Counted from the first letter of the stretch, positions 43,128-54,323 are shown. The stretch is DNA of 64,000 nt from an uncultured Lachnospiraceae bacterium (GCA_900542015.1 UQLY01000013.1:7961-71960); one strand, 5' to 3'. The notes: generated by a model not told the origin, from the letters alone. Program-made: numbers and translations.

Positions 43128-46100
43128 GTGAAAGTATTGCGGGAATGTCTGAGAGGACTTTCGGATTTTGAAGATATGCAAAAGAGTATGCAGAGCGGAA
43201 AAAGCATCGCCGTTTCCGGCTGCGTGGATTCTCAAAAAGTTCATATGATGTGGGGGCTTTCCGAAGACTTCCCTTATCGGGTGGTGGCGACCTATTCCGA
43301 GAAAAGGGCGAGGGAGCTTTATGAGGATTTTTCTTTTTATACGAAAGACGTTTTATATTTCCCGGCGAAGGATTTTATTTTCTTCCAGGCGGATATCCAT
43401 AGCAATAAGGTAACCAGAGAGCGGATCGCCGTTTACCGCAGGATTTTGGAAGCGGAGCCGGTAACGATCATCACGACCTTTGACGCATTTATGGCGCCGT
43501 GTATGCCCTTAGGCGTTATGGAAAACAATGTGATTGCGCTGGATGAAGACAGCGCGGTGGATGAAAAGGCGCTTGCCCTGAAGCTGACGCGTATGGGCTA
43601 TGAGAGGGTTCCTCAGGTGGAAGCGGGCGGTCAGTTTTCCATCCGGGGCGGGATTATAGACGTTTTTGACCTGACGGAGGAAAATCCCTATCGAATCGAG
43701 CTGTGGGGCGACGAAATCGATTCCCTGAGGAGCTTCGACGTCCTGAGCCAGCGCTCTGTGGAGACCTTATCGGAAATCACGATTTATCCGGCGACCGAGT
43801 TGCTTTTGACGGCGAAACAGCGGGAAGAAGGGCTTGCCGGGATCAGGAAGGAAGCCGAAAAAGCGGAGAAGCGGTTTCGGGAGGCGCATGAGCCGGAGCT
43901 TGCTGCAAGAATCAAAAGCCAGATGGAGGTGCTTAAGGAACAACTGGAGGAGTTTGGCGTGCTTGCCAACCTGGACAGCTATATCCGGTATTTTTGTGAT
44001 GAAACGGTGCCCTTTCCCCAGCTTTTATCCAAGGAAGAGACCGTCTTTTTTATTGACGAGCCCCTGCGGGTGGCGGAGCATACGGACGCTATTGAGCTGG
44101 AGTTTCGGGAGAGTATGAAAAACCGCCTGGAGAAGGGGTATGCGCTTCCCGGGCAGACGGAGATCCTCTATCCGGCGAAGGAGGTCATGGCAAAGCTGCA
44201 AAGAGGCTATTTTGCATGTATATCTACTTTGGACGGACGGACGCCCGGCATAGAGATCGACAAGAAATATTACATTACGGCAAAGAGCATACAATCCTTT
44301 CACAACAGCTTTGAGGAGCTTTGCAAGGAATTAAAACGATATAAAAAGAACGGATATCAGGTGCTGTTGGTAACGCCTTCCCGGACAAGGGCGAAGAGGC
44401 TGTCCGAGGAGCTGCGGGATATGGAGCTTTCCTGTTTTTACAGTGAAGACATGGACGAGGCGCCAATGGCGGGACAGATCATGTCCGTATACGGGCAGAT
44501 CTTAAAGGGCTTTGAATATCCCCATTTAAAATTTGCGGTCATTGCCGAAAGCGATATTTTTAGCAGCAAGACGGTTCGCAAAAAGAAGAAAAAACGCTAT
44601 GAGGGACAGAAGATCAATGACTTTACGGATCTGAAGGTAGGGGATTACGTGGTTCATGAAAGCCACGGTCTCGGCGTTTACCAGGGAATTGAAAAAGTGG
44701 AAATTGACCATGTGGTCAAGGATTATATGAAGATCGCATACCGGGACGGAGGCATTTTGTATGTGCGCGCCACCGGATTCGACGTGATCCAGAAATACGC
44801 CGCCGCGGATGCGAAGAAGCCCAAGCTCAATAAGCTGGGCACCCAGGATTGGGAAAAGACCAAAACAAAGGTGAAGAGCGCGGTTTCCGAGGTGGCGAAG
44901 GAGCTGGTGGAGCTGTATGCGGTCCGCGCCAATAAGGAAGGCTACGCTTACGGCAAAGATACGGTATGGCAGAGGGAATTTGAAGAACTGTTTCCCTATG
45001 AGGAGACTGAGGACCAGCTTACCGCCATAGAAGCCACCAAAAAGGATATGGAGAGCAAGAAGATCATGGACCGTCTGATCTGCGGGGACGTGGGATTCGG
45101 CAAGACCGAGATCGCTATCCGCGCCGCGTTTAAAGCGGTACAGGAAGGCAAACAGGTCGTTTATCTGGTGCCGACGACGATTCTTGCCAAACAGCACTAC
45201 GATACTTTTAAGCAAAGAATGAAGGATTATCCGGTTACCATAGAAATGCTGTCCCGTTTCCGTACTGCGGCGGAACAGAGGCATACCATAGAGGAACTGA
45301 AAAAGGGCATGGTGGATATTGTCATCGGAACCCACAGAGTCCTTTCCAAAGACGTCGCCTTTAAAGATCTGGGGCTTTTGATCATTGACGAGGAACAGCG
45401 CTTCGGCGTGTCCCATAAGGAAAAGATCAAACAACTGAAAAATAATGTGGACGTATTGACCCTGACGGCAACGCCGATTCCGAGGACCCTCCATATGAGT
45501 CTGGTGGGTATCAGGGATATGAGCGTGCTGGAAGAGGCGCCTAACGACCGGATGCCGATTCAGACTTATGTGATGGAATACAATGAAGAAATGGTCCGGG
45601 AGGCGATCAACAGGGAGCTTGCCAGAAACGGACAGGTATATTATGTTTATAACAGGGTCGATTCCATCGGAGAGATCACGGCGTCGGTACAGGCGCTGGT
45701 ACCCGATGCGGTTGTGGCGTTCGCCCACGGGCAGATGAAGGAATCGGAGCTGGAAAAGATTTTGTATGAATTTATCAACGGGGAAATCGACGTGCTCGTA
45801 GCGACGACGATTATTGAGACGGGTATCGATATCCCCAATGTCAATACGATGATTATCCACGATTCCGACAGTATGGGGCTTTCGCAGCTTTACCAGTTGA
45901 GAGGGCGGGTCGGCAGAAGCAGCCGCAACGCTTATGCCTTCCTGATGTACCGCAGAAACAAGGTGCTTAAGGAAGTGGCGGAAAAACGGCTGGAGGCAAT
46001 TAAGGAATTTACGGATCTGGGCAGCGGATTTAAGATTGCCATGAAGGATCTTGAGATCAGGGGCGCGGGCAACCTGCTTGGAAAAATGCAGCATGGGCAC

Positions 46101-46655
46101 ATGGAAGCGGTCGGATACGATCTCTACTGCAAGATGTTAAACGAGGCGGTAAAGCACCTAAAGGGCATCGATCTGAAGGAAGATTTCCAGACGACGATAG
46201 ATCTGGATATCAACGCCTATATCCCCGCGGAGTATATTTTAAACGAGTTTCAGAAACTGGATATTTATAAAAGAATTGCGGCGATTGAAAACGAAGAGGA
46301 ATGCGACGATATGCGTTCGGAGCTTTTGGACCGTTTCGGCACGATTCCGGCGTCGGTGGAAAATCTGCTGCAAATATCTTTAATCCGCGCAAGGGCGCAC
46401 CGGATGTATGTGGAAGAGATTAAGGGAAAGAAAGACGGCATTACGATTATTATGAATGTCAGGGCGGATATTAAAGTGGAAAACATTCCCTATGTCATAA
46501 AGGAAATGGAAGACAAACTGAAATTTACCGTAAAAAATATCCCCACGTTTTCCTATAAACTATATCCGACGGGATTCGATAAAAAAGATGAAGAAATGCT
46601 GTTGGAGACGACTGTAAAAATCATTGCCTGTATGGAAAAACATCTGGCGGATTAA
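43128..46655 (+). CDS. mfd: Transcription-repair coupling factor
   Basis: 1175 aa with UvrB-homology, TRG and DEAD/helicase motifs (GDVGFGKTE, DEEQRFG). pth-mfd synteny. Confidence 0.95.
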   Translation: MKVLRECLRGLSDFEDMQKSMQSGKSIAVSGCVDSQKVHMMWGLSEDFPYRVVATYSEKRARELYEDFSFYTKDVLYFPAKDFIFFQADIHSNKVTRERIAVYRRILEAEPVTIITTFDAFMAPCMPLGVMENNVIALDEDSAVDEKALALKLTRMGYERVPQVEAGGQFSIRGGIIDVFDLTEENPYRIELWGDEIDSLRSFDVLSQRSVETLSEITIYPATELLLTAKQREEGLAGIRKEAEKAEKRFREAHEPELAARIKSQMEVLKEQLEEFGVLANLDSYIRYFCDETVPFPQLLSKEETVFFIDEPLRVAEHTDAIELEFRESMKNRLEKGYALPGQTEILYPAKEVMAKLQRGYFACISTLDGRTPGIEIDKKYYITAKSIQSFHNSFEELCKELKRYKKNGYQVLLVTPSRTRAKRLSEELRDMELSCFYSEDMDEAPMAGQIMSVYGQILKGFEYPHLKFAVIAESDIFSSKTVRKKKKKRYEGQKINDFTDLKVGDYVVHESHGLGVYQGIEKVEIDHVVKDYMKIAYRDGGILYVRATGFDVIQKYAAADAKKPKLNKLGTQDWEKTKTKVKSAVSEVAKELVELYAVRANKEGYAYGKDTVWQREFEELFPYEETEDQLTAIEATKKDMESKKIMDRLICGDVGFGKTEIAIRAAFKAVQEGKQVVYLVPTTILAKQHYDTFKQRMKDYPVTIEMLSRFRTAAEQRHTIEELKKGMVDIVIGTHRVLSKDVAFKDLGLLIIDEEQRFGVSHKEKIKQLKNNVDVLTLTATPIPRTLHMSLVGIRDMSVLEEAPNDRMPIQTYVMEYNEEMVREAINRELARNGQVYYVYNRVDSIGEITASVQALVPDAVVAFAHGQMKESELEKILYEFINGEIDVLVATTIIETGIDIPNVNTMIIHDSDSMGLSQLYQLRGRVGRSSRNAYAFLMYRRNKVLKEVAEKRLEAIKEFTDLGSGFKIAMKDLEIRGAGNLLGKMQHGHMEAVGYDLYCKMLNEAVKHLKGIDLKEDFQTTIDLDINAYIPAEYILNEFQKLDIYKRIAAIENEEECDDMRSELLDRFGTIPASVENLLQISLIRARAHRMYVEEIKGKKDGITIIMNVRADIKVENIPYVIKEMEDKLKFTVKNIPTFSYKLYPTGFDKKDEEMLLETTVKIIACMEKHLAD

Positions 46656-46676
46656 AACGATTACGAAGGAGGCATT

Positions 46677-47606
46677 ATGGAAATGTATCATTACTCGCTG
46701 CAGCAATGGCTGTTGTTCTTTTACATTTATTGCTTTTTGGGGTGGTGCTGGGAATCCTGTTATGTATCTGTCAAAAAGAGAAAGTGGGTCAACCGGGGGT
46801 TTTTAAACGGACCGTTTCTGCCTATTTACGGTTTTGGGGCACTGGCGGTGTTAATTGCCACGCTTCCGGTCAGATCAATGCCGGTATTGGTCTATGTATT
46901 CGGCATGATCGGCGCGACGCTTCTGGAGTTGGTGACGGGGATCTGCATGGAAAGCCTGTTCCATGTGCGTTATTGGGATTACAGCAATCAGAAATTTAAT
47001 TATAAAGGGCACATATGTCTCGGATCATCCATCGCATGGGGATTCTTTTCGCTGGCGATGATCTACGGTTTTCATAAACCTATCGAAAACCTTGTGCTGG
47101 GACTGCCTTATTGGTTTACCAATGCCGCTTCCTTTGTATTGACGGCGGTATTTGCCGCAGACTTTGCCGTCAGCTTCAAGACCGCTATGGAACTGCGCGA
47201 TATTCTTGACGGAATTGAACGTATGAAGGCGGAGATGAAGAGGCTGCAGAGAAGGGCGGAAATTATGGAAACCTTCCTTGCGGACAGCGCGGAGAAGAGA
47301 AGCGAAGAACGTCTGAAGAACAAAGAGGAATGGAAAGACGAGCTGGAAGAACTGAAAGCCGAATTTAAAACGGGTCTGCAGGATAAAAAAGAGGACATTA
47401 TGGCGGAGCTTCGCGATATCCGCGAAAGACAGCAGATGTATGCCGGCAGGCTGAAAGGGGAAGGCAGGAGAAACAGATCCGTCGAGCATATGCTCAAGAG
47501 GAACCCTACGGCGGCTTCGCGTAAATATGCCGCGGCGTTAAAAGAATATAAAGATCAATTCATCAGCGCGGTAAAGGAAGAAATAGAAGAGAGAAAGAAA
47601 CGATGA
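46677..47606 (+). CDS. Polytopic membrane protein (CmpB-like putative ABC-transporter type IV family) with C-terminal coiled coil
   Basis: N-terminal ~170 aa with 5-6 TM helices and W/Y-rich loops, then a K/E-rich helix (~120 aa). Confidence 0.5.
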   Translation: MEMYHYSLQQWLLFFYIYCFLGWCWESCYVSVKKRKWVNRGFLNGPFLPIYGFGALAVLIATLPVRSMPVLVYVFGMIGATLLELVTGICMESLFHVRYWDYSNQKFNYKGHICLGSSIAWGFFSLAMIYGFHKPIENLVLGLPYWFTNAASFVLTAVFAADFAVSFKTAMELRDILDGIERMKAEMKRLQRRAEIMETFLADSAEKRSEERLKNKEEWKDELEELKAEFKTGLQDKKEDIMAELRDIRERQQMYAGRLKGEGRRNRSVEHMLKRNPTAASRKYAAALKEYKDQFISAVKEEIEERKKR

Positions 47607-47977
47607 AAATCACACCGTTAATAAAAGACATGGCGAAAGAAAAGCTGCCGGAGCAGGAAAAACTCGCACAGGAGCTCAAACAGGCAAAGGCGTTCGGAGA
47701 AATCAGGATCGGAACGGAGCATTTATTTTACAGAAGCCTGATCCGGTGGCGTTTTATTCCCTTTCGCGAATGCGAACGCATTTATATCAGAGTGGAATTT
47801 GGGGAATATGGAGAATTTCCGCTGCACGAGCATTATGTGATTGCGGATACCGGGAAAGGCGGAGAAAAAAAGCTGCGCGTAGAGCGCCCGGATGACGCAA
47901 AAGAGGTGCTTGCCTATTTGGGGGAGCATGTCAAAAATTTAAAGCTCGGCAAAGAGAAGCCGCAGCGGGAAGGCTAA
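47603..47977 (+). CDS. Hypothetical protein (124 aa), translationally coupled (ATGA overlap) to the upstream membrane protein
   Basis: ORF only; no recognisable family. Confidence 0.4.
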   Translation: MKITPLIKDMAKEKLPEQEKLAQELKQAKAFGEIRIGTEHLFYRSLIRWRFIPFRECERIYIRVEFGEYGEFPLHEHYVIADTGKGGEKKLRVERPDDAKEVLAYLGEHVKNLKLGKEKPQREG

Positions 47978-47999
47978 TCATGAGAACGGAGGAAAGCAG

Positions 48000-48215
48000 A
48001 TGGACGAGGATAAAATGATCGATGAAATCCTAAAGCATTTGGATACCGAGACCGGACAGGGCGTTGTCAGAATGAGCGTGCAGATCGACGAAGAAACGGA
48101 GACGTTTAAGCAGATCGATCACGGCTGCTGTCATATGTATGGTAGACCGGCAAACGAAACCGTGGGTCTTTTGGATATGTACACGGATATTAGCCATGGG
48201 GAAGCCGACCGTTAG
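48000..48215 (+). CDS. Small hypothetical acidic protein (71 aa)
   Basis: Good RBS ACGGAGGAAAG; contains a CC-H motif. Confidence 0.35.
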   Translation: MDEDKMIDEILKHLDTETGQGVVRMSVQIDEETETFKQIDHGCCHMYGRPANETVGLLDMYTDISHGEADR

Positions 48216-48241
48216 TCTGCAGGATAAAAGGGGGGAACGGT

Positions 48242-50833
48242 ATGTATGCGATGATCAATATTATCCAGATTGTCGGGGTAATCGTAGGATTTCTGACGAT
48301 TATCGTTGTAGCGCGGCAAAAGGCATCGGAAAACCAGAAGGTTTTGCTGCTTGCCTGTTGCTGCGCTTTTTTAAGTATTCTTGCCTACACGATGGAAATT
48401 AACAGCACGTCGTTAGAAGCAATGCTTGTGGCGCTGAAATTCGGCTATCTGGGAAAATGTTATGTGTTGTTATTCTTTTTTATGTTTATGGCGGCATATT
48501 GCAGGATTTCGTTCCCAAAAAGTATTTTCCGCTTTTTTCTGATCTTTAATACGGCGATGCTTGTCGTGATCGTTACCTGTGAGCGGCACAGCCTTTACTA
48601 TCGGAATCTGCATATGGATACCGGCGGAATGTTTCCGCACCCTGCTTTTGAAAGAGGAGTCTGCTATTGGATGTTTATGGCGGTCATGCTGCTGTTGATG
48701 ATCTGGTATCTGGTTATTTCCGTGATTGAAGTCCATAAAAGGAACGGAAGGGAAAGAAAACAGATCCTTTTGCTTTCCATGGCGGGAATTATTCCCTCCT
48801 TTATGCTGGTGGTATATCTGACGGGCATTCTGGACGTATTTGATCCGGTTCCCATCGGAATCGTGGCGTCCTGCAGCCTGCTGACCATAAATGTATTAAA
48901 ATACGGGCTTTTTGATACGCTGCAGTTGGCAAAGGAAAAGGTCATCGAGAGCACCAAGGAAGGGCTGATCGTTGTGGACCCCGATTACCGCCTTTTGTAT
49001 GCCAACGAGGTTGCCGGACAGCTTTTCCCGGATATTAACGATCAGAAAAAGCGGGAAGAACGTCTGGAGGAAATATTCGGGAAAGACCAGCGGGAAACCA
49101 TTGTGATGCAGGACGGCAGAAATTATGAAATCCGTGTTTCCAAAATCACGGAGGACGCTTATCAGGAGACGGTTAAAGGATATCTTGCATGGATTTTTGA
49201 TATGACGTTTATCAATCGTTATACGGAGGAAATGATCTGTTTAAGGGAGGAAGCGGAAAAGGCGAATCTGGCGAAAACTTCCTTTCTGGCGCACATATCC
49301 CATGAGATCAGGACCCCGATGAACGCCATTGTGGGTTACTCGGACCTGTGCATCAGAAGTGATTCTTATCATGAAATCGAGCAATATGTGGGACATATCA
49401 AGACCTCGGCGGAGACGCTGTTAAACCTGATTAACGACGTACTGGACATTTCCAAAATAGAATGCGGAAAAATGGAACTGGTGGAAATGGAATATTCGTT
49501 AAAGGCGATGATGAGCGAGACGATATCGGTCATCGGGCAGCAGGCGCATGAAAAAGGTCTGATGTTTCGCTATATGCTGGAGGAACGCCTGCCGTCTTCA
49601 CTGTACGGCGATAAAACCCGCGTCAGGGAAATCGCGTCGAACCTATTATCCAATGCCGTCAAATACACCGACGAGGGAACGATTTACTTTAAGATTAAAG
49701 AAATTGAGCGGCTCGGCAACAAGGTCCTCATGGAAATTATTGTAAGGGATACAGGAATCGGGATTCGGGATGAGGATAAGGAAAAATTATTTCAAAAATT
49801 CGAGCGGTTTGACAGCGTGAGGAATTATTCCAAGGAAGGTACGGGGCTGGGACTTCCGATTGTAAAGAGCCTTGCCGAGCTGATGGAAGGTTCTGTGGAG
49901 GTGGAAAGCGTTTACGGCAAGGGCAGTACTTTCCGGGTCCGGATATGGCAGAAAATCGCGGATGCAACGCCCGTGGGAGAGTATCGCGGGACGAATGAGG
50001 ACAAGATCATTCCGGAGAGAGAAGCATATGGGAGCGGGCAGAGGGTTCAATTTCCGAAGGCGTCGGTGCTTGTGGTGGATGATAATGAAGTAAACCTGCG
50101 GGTTGCTTACAGCTTATTAAAGCTCTACGGCATTGAGGCGGATCTGCTGGAATCGGGAAAGGCGTGTTTGGAAAAAGCGGCGGACAGGCATTATGATCTC
50201 GTATTTATGGATCTGATGATGCCGGAGACGGACGGCGTGGAGACCATGCACCGGTTACGGCAGGAGCGGGAAGGCTGTCAGGATACGCCGATCGTTGCCC
50301 TGACCGCAAATACGCTGGTAGGGGTGAAGGAAGAAATGCTTTCCGAGGGCTTTGACGACTTTTTGGGAAAGCCCATTGAACTGACGGAGCTTCAAAAAAT
50401 GCTGGAGCACTTTTTGAAGGATTATTGCGAACGGTTGCCAGAGGACGCGGGCAGGAAGGCAGAGAAAGTGGAAAGCGGTTATGAGATTCTCATACAAGGG
50501 GGCATTGAGGCGGAGGTTGGAGAAGCGTACTGCGGCGATGCAGCCGGATATCGGGAAATTTTACAGACCTTTGCAGATCACGGACCCGGACAACAGCAAT
50601 TACTTCGGGAGGCGTTGGACGGACAGGAACCGGAGCAATATGAGATACAGGTGCATGCCTTGAAAAGCTCTGCCGCCGTTATCGGGGCAAAACAGTTGTC
50701 CCAGCTTGCAAAAGCGCATGAAAAGGCGGTTAAGGAAGAGAACTTTGCCTTTGTCCGGGAGCATTTTCCCATTCTGCAAAGCGCCTATGAACAGGTGCTG
50801 GAAACGATCCGGCGCTATTTGCAGACGCTGTAA
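48242..50833 (+). CDS. Hybrid sensor histidine kinase (7TM sensor - PAS - HisKA - HATPase_c - REC - HPt)
   Basis: Six or seven N-terminal TM helices; H-box FLAHISHEIRTPMNAIVGYSDL; N/G boxes; receiver VLVVDDNEVNLR...DLVFMDLMMPETDG; C-terminal HPt (VHALKSSAAVIGAKQLSQLAKAHE). Confidence 0.9.
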   Translation: MYAMINIIQIVGVIVGFLTIIVVARQKASENQKVLLLACCCAFLSILAYTMEINSTSLEAMLVALKFGYLGKCYVLLFFFMFMAAYCRISFPKSIFRFFLIFNTAMLVVIVTCERHSLYYRNLHMDTGGMFPHPAFERGVCYWMFMAVMLLLMIWYLVISVIEVHKRNGRERKQILLLSMAGIIPSFMLVVYLTGILDVFDPVPIGIVASCSLLTINVLKYGLFDTLQLAKEKVIESTKEGLIVVDPDYRLLYANEVAGQLFPDINDQKKREERLEEIFGKDQRETIVMQDGRNYEIRVSKITEDAYQETVKGYLAWIFDMTFINRYTEEMICLREEAEKANLAKTSFLAHISHEIRTPMNAIVGYSDLCIRSDSYHEIEQYVGHIKTSAETLLNLINDVLDISKIECGKMELVEMEYSLKAMMSETISVIGQQAHEKGLMFRYMLEERLPSSLYGDKTRVREIASNLLSNAVKYTDEGTIYFKIKEIERLGNKVLMEIIVRDTGIGIRDEDKEKLFQKFERFDSVRNYSKEGTGLGLPIVKSLAELMEGSVEVESVYGKGSTFRVRIWQKIADATPVGEYRGTNEDKIIPEREAYGSGQRVQFPKASVLVVDDNEVNLRVAYSLLKLYGIEADLLESGKACLEKAADRHYDLVFMDLMMPETDGVETMHRLRQEREGCQDTPIVALTANTLVGVKEEMLSEGFDDFLGKPIELTELQKMLEHFLKDYCERLPEDAGRKAEKVESGYEILIQGGIEAEVGEAYCGDAAGYREILQTFADHGPGQQQLLREALDGQEPEQYEIQVHALKSSAAVIGAKQLSQLAKAHEKAVKEENFAFVREHFPILQSAYEQVLETIRRYLQTL

Positions 50834-50970
50834 GAAAAGTGTCAAATAAAGGGAAAAAGAGGTTGTATATTTTAGGGGGTATGTTACAATCAAGATAGGA
50901 GAAAGACAGTACCAAAAGTACTGCTTTTGACAGGACGGTTGGGTTATAACAAAAGAGAAGGAGAAGGCAT

Positions 50971-51360
50971 ATGAGGTGTTTAGCATGTGGAAAAGACAGT
51001 GTGGGGGAATTGTGCAACGCATGTATCAGATCCGAGGAGGTAAAATATTCCAAGGAGTGGGTGTATAAGGAAGGACTGCTGATGAAAAAGACAGAAGATT
51101 TCAAGGTAGTCATATCGACCATGCGTATAAGCGGGAAATTTGCAATCTGTGATAATACTTCCGGTATGAATGCGCGTTTGGACAGCGCGTCCCATTATAT
51201 CAAAAATATAAAAGGAGTCGTGTCCGCTACCTATAACAAAAAGGAGTGTCCGGCGATCGCCATTGAAAATGCCGAAACGGGAATGAAGAGATTCCTGCTG
51301 ATGCCCATGTTTAACGGCGATAAGGCTGAACTGGAGGCGGCGATCAAGGCGTGCCAGTAA
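50971..51360 (+). CDS. Hypothetical protein with N-terminal CxxC...CxxC zinc-ribbon (129 aa)
   Basis: RBS GAAGGAGAAGG; N-terminal MRCLACGKDSVGELCNAC. Confidence 0.4.
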   Translation: MRCLACGKDSVGELCNACIRSEEVKYSKEWVYKEGLLMKKTEDFKVVISTMRISGKFAICDNTSGMNARLDSASHYIKNIKGVVSATYNKKECPAIAIENAETGMKRFLLMPMFNGDKAELEAAIKACQ

Positions 51361-51529
51361 AGAAGGAGAGAAGGGGCTGTTACGTTTATAAAATTTTGCG
51401 CGTATCCGCGATGGGCTGCAGGATTTTATCAATGTGACAGTCCTTTTTTCTATTTTTTTGCAAAATTGCTTCATAGAAGATATAATGTTCTAATAACGAA
51501 AATACTTTTTATCATGGTGGGAGATTTTT

Positions 51530-52681
51530 ATGAAGGCATTGATACTGTCCTGCAATACGGGCGGGGGACACAATTCTGCGGGATTGGCAATGAAAGAACG
51601 GATAGAAGCGGAAGGCGGAGAAGCCTATTTTTTTGACTATCTGACGCTGGCGGGAGGTAAGGTATCCTGGATGGTGGGAGAAGGTTATGTGAAGCTGGTC
51701 AAAAGGACCCCGGTCCTATTTGGGCTGATATACCGGCTTGGAGCGATGGTCAGCAAAATGACCAAGCGTTCTCCCGTGTACTTTGTCAATGGAATGATGG
51801 CGAAATATCTGGATGAATTTTTGAGGCTGAATGCGTTTGACGTAATCATTATGCCCCATCTGTATCCGGCGGAAACCATTACCTATATGAAAAGAAAAGG
51901 AATGGAGCTGCCGTTGACGATCGCCATCGGCACGGATTATACCTGCATTCCCTTTTGGGGAGAGACGGAATGCGATTACTATATGATTCCCCATGAGGAG
52001 CTGACGGACGAATTTGTAAACGGAAAAATCACCGGGGAACAGATTTATCCGTCCGGGATTCCCGTATCCATGAAATGCGCGGAGCCTTTGGATAAAAGCG
52101 AAGCGAAGGAAAAGCTCTGTGAAAGTCTGGGGATTGAAAGGAACCCGAAGGAAAAGCTTCTACTGATACTTGCCGGAAGCATGGGAGCAGGAAATCTCAA
52201 AACTCTTACCCGTGTCATTTACCTGTTGAAAAAGCGCAGGGACCGGATGATCGTGGTATGCGGCACCAACGAAATTGTCAAGAAACGGCTGAAACATATT
52301 TTCAGAAAGAAAAACAGCGTAACCGTGTTGGGAAGGACTGATGAGATGCCGCTGTTTATGAAAGCCGCCGATGTGATCTATACGAAGCCCGGCGGACTGA
52401 CCACAACGGAAGCGGCGGTCACGGGCAGCGCCCTTGTGCTGACCAATCCCATTCCGGGCTGCGAGACAAAAAACCGCCAGTTTTTTTACAGACATGGCAT
52501 GTGCGCCGGAGGAAGGAATCTTTACGCCCAGGCAGCGGCGGGAATCCGCCTTTTAAACGATGAGGAACGAGTTAAAAAAATGATTGAAAAACAGCACGGC
52601 GTAATTTTTCAGGACGCGTCTTATCGGATTTTCCGGTTCATAGAAGAAAAGCTGAAGGAAAGGAAGAAAACGGATGCGTAA
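51530..52681 (+). CDS. Glycosyltransferase family 28 (MGDG synthase / UgtP-YpfP-like diacylglycerol glycosyltransferase)
   Basis: N-terminal ILSCNTGGGHNSAG and GT-B C-terminal domain motifs. Confidence 0.8.
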   Translation: MKALILSCNTGGGHNSAGLAMKERIEAEGGEAYFFDYLTLAGGKVSWMVGEGYVKLVKRTPVLFGLIYRLGAMVSKMTKRSPVYFVNGMMAKYLDEFLRLNAFDVIIMPHLYPAETITYMKRKGMELPLTIAIGTDYTCIPFWGETECDYYMIPHEELTDEFVNGKITGEQIYPSGIPVSMKCAEPLDKSEAKEKLCESLGIERNPKEKLLLILAGSMGAGNLKTLTRVIYLLKKRRDRMIVVCGTNEIVKKRLKHIFRKKNSVTVLGRTDEMPLFMKAADVIYTKPGGLTTTEAAVTGSALVLTNPIPGCETKNRQFFYRHGMCAGGRNLYAQAAAGIRLLNDEERVKKMIEKQHGVIFQDASYRIFRFIEEKLKERKKTDA

Positions 52682-53264
52682 TCTTTTGATTATGATTTCA
52701 GGCTATCTTTTGGGAAGCATTTTATTTGGAAAAATTTTTTTGAAATTATTTAAGCATAAGGACATTTCCATGGAGGGAGAGGACGGGAACCCGGGGACCT
52801 TTAACGCCTTTGCGGCGGGAGGTATGCTGTGCGGTGTACTGACCCTGGTCTGTGATCTGGCGAAGGGGGCGATTCCGGTTGCGCTGTATCTTTACTGCAA
52901 TAAAGGGGACCGTATCGGCTGGATGCTGGTCCCGGTTATGATCGCCCCGGTGCTGGGACATGCCTTTCCGATTTATCAGGGCTTTCGCGGAGGCGGAAAG
53001 GCAATTGCGGTCAGCTTCGGTTCTCTTTTGGGATTTTTCCCCAATTTGCTGCCGGCGCTGATCCCGGCGGCGTTTTATCTGTTGTACTCGGCAATGCGGA
53101 TTCAGCCTCATGCAAAGAGATCCGTTCTGACCTTTTCCTGCAGCGCCGCCGTTGCGTCCATTGCGATCAGGGAACATGCGGTCAAGGTCGGCATGATATT
53201 GATCTGCGCGATTGTGATCGGCAGGCATCTGCCTTTGAAAACGGAAAAAAGTACCGGCGCATAA
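52674..53264 (+). CDS. plsY: Glycerol-3-phosphate acyltransferase PlsY
   Basis: 196 aa, GSILFGKIF...GNPGTFNAF... PlsY signature. Overlaps the stop of the glycosyltransferase gene. Confidence 0.9.
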   Translation: MRNLLIMISGYLLGSILFGKIFLKLFKHKDISMEGEDGNPGTFNAFAAGGMLCGVLTLVCDLAKGAIPVALYLYCNKGDRIGWMLVPVMIAPVLGHAFPIYQGFRGGGKAIAVSFGSLLGFFPNLLPALIPAAFYLLYSAMRIQPHAKRSVLTFSCSAAVASIAIREHAVKVGMILICAIVIGRHLPLKTEKSTGA

Positions 53265-53303
53265 AGCCTCATATCAGGGGCTGTGCGCCGGTATTTCCGT
53301 CTG

Positions 53304-54218
53304 TTATGCCGTTTCGGCGTTCGTCATTTCTTTTTTCGCCTTTTGAAACAGGGATTTGAATTTTGCGCTGAAACCGCAAAGCTTATCATAAAGGTCATAA
53401 GTAATCTCCGTGGAAGGAGCAACCTCCATATAAGAAACCATCATTTTTACCATCATATAGCTGTCGATGAATGCCAATTTAATAGCCACGGCAACAAAGA
53501 TGGAAAGGAAGGCGGCGATTGCGACGCTTCCGCCGAAAATTTTAAAAATCCCGGACAATACAAGGAAAGGAACGATCCAGGCAAGGAAGGTGGCGGTTAC
53601 TACGATCAGAGTTGTAACTGCGGCGTCTTTTAATAATTTTTTGGCGTTCTGAAAATAAATGACAACGCCGTCGCAGGACGCTTTAAAAGCGCCTTCCTCT
53701 TTTTTGATGAAACAGTAACCGAGACAGCATTCGTCCACATAGCCCAGCGCAATGCCGATAAAGGTCTGCAAGATATTTGTCATACTGTCCATACCGGGGA
53801 TCATATTCAGGGCGCCGCCGATTTTGCCTACGACCTTTTGCAATTGTTTGACAGCGCCGCTGACAAGGTTGTCGATGACAAAGTAAACGTTGGACGTGGC
53901 AAAACGTTCGGTAACCGCCTGTTTACCGTAAGCAAACTGGTTTGCCGGGAGCTGTCCGCTTGTCACGGTCTCGGCAATGACCGCCACATGACCGGCTTTC
54001 AGCATATAGCCTACATAGTGCATACCGAAACGGTAAATGCCGCCTGTGAATACCAGCCACAGGCAGATAAAGACAGCCATGGCTGAACCGCCGAGCAGGC
54101 GCCCGATCAGCAGGAAAATTCCCAGCAGTACCAGAGACGCGGCAAAAACGGCGGCGCCAAAGGCAAGCTTCAGCCACACAAATTTCATGGTTTTCAGATA
54201 GACATCTTTTGTTTTCAT
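53304..54218 (-). CDS. Polytopic membrane protein of unknown function (304 aa)
   Basis: Multiple TM helices; no family recognised. Confidence 0.45.
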   Translation of the reverse strand: MKTKDVYLKTMKFVWLKLAFGAAVFAASLVLLGIFLLIGRLLGGSAMAVFICLWLVFTGGIYRFGMHYVGYMLKAGHVAVIAETVTSGQLPANQFAYGKQAVTERFATSNVYFVIDNLVSGAVKQLQKVVGKIGGALNMIPGMDSMTNILQTFIGIALGYVDECCLGYCFIKKEEGAFKASCDGVVIYFQNAKKLLKDAAVTTLIVVTATFLAWIVPFLVLSGIFKIFGGSVAIAAFLSIFVAVAIKLAFIDSYMMVKMMVSYMEVAPSTEITYDLYDKLCGFSAKFKSLFQKAKKEMTNAETA

Positions 54219-54323
54219 AGAAACCCTCCCATAAGAATCCGCTTTGTTAAGCGGGCGTGATGATGAATTTATGTTAGCATAATCACAGTCAGAGGGAGGA
54301 ACCTTTCAGATCAACGGCAAGGA

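Noticed and set aside
44526-46100. 524-aa ORF on the minus strand inside mfd
   Set aside because: It is antisense to a strongly conserved mfd reading frame, has no RBS, and has low-complexity R/H/L-rich composition typical of spurious antisense ORFs.
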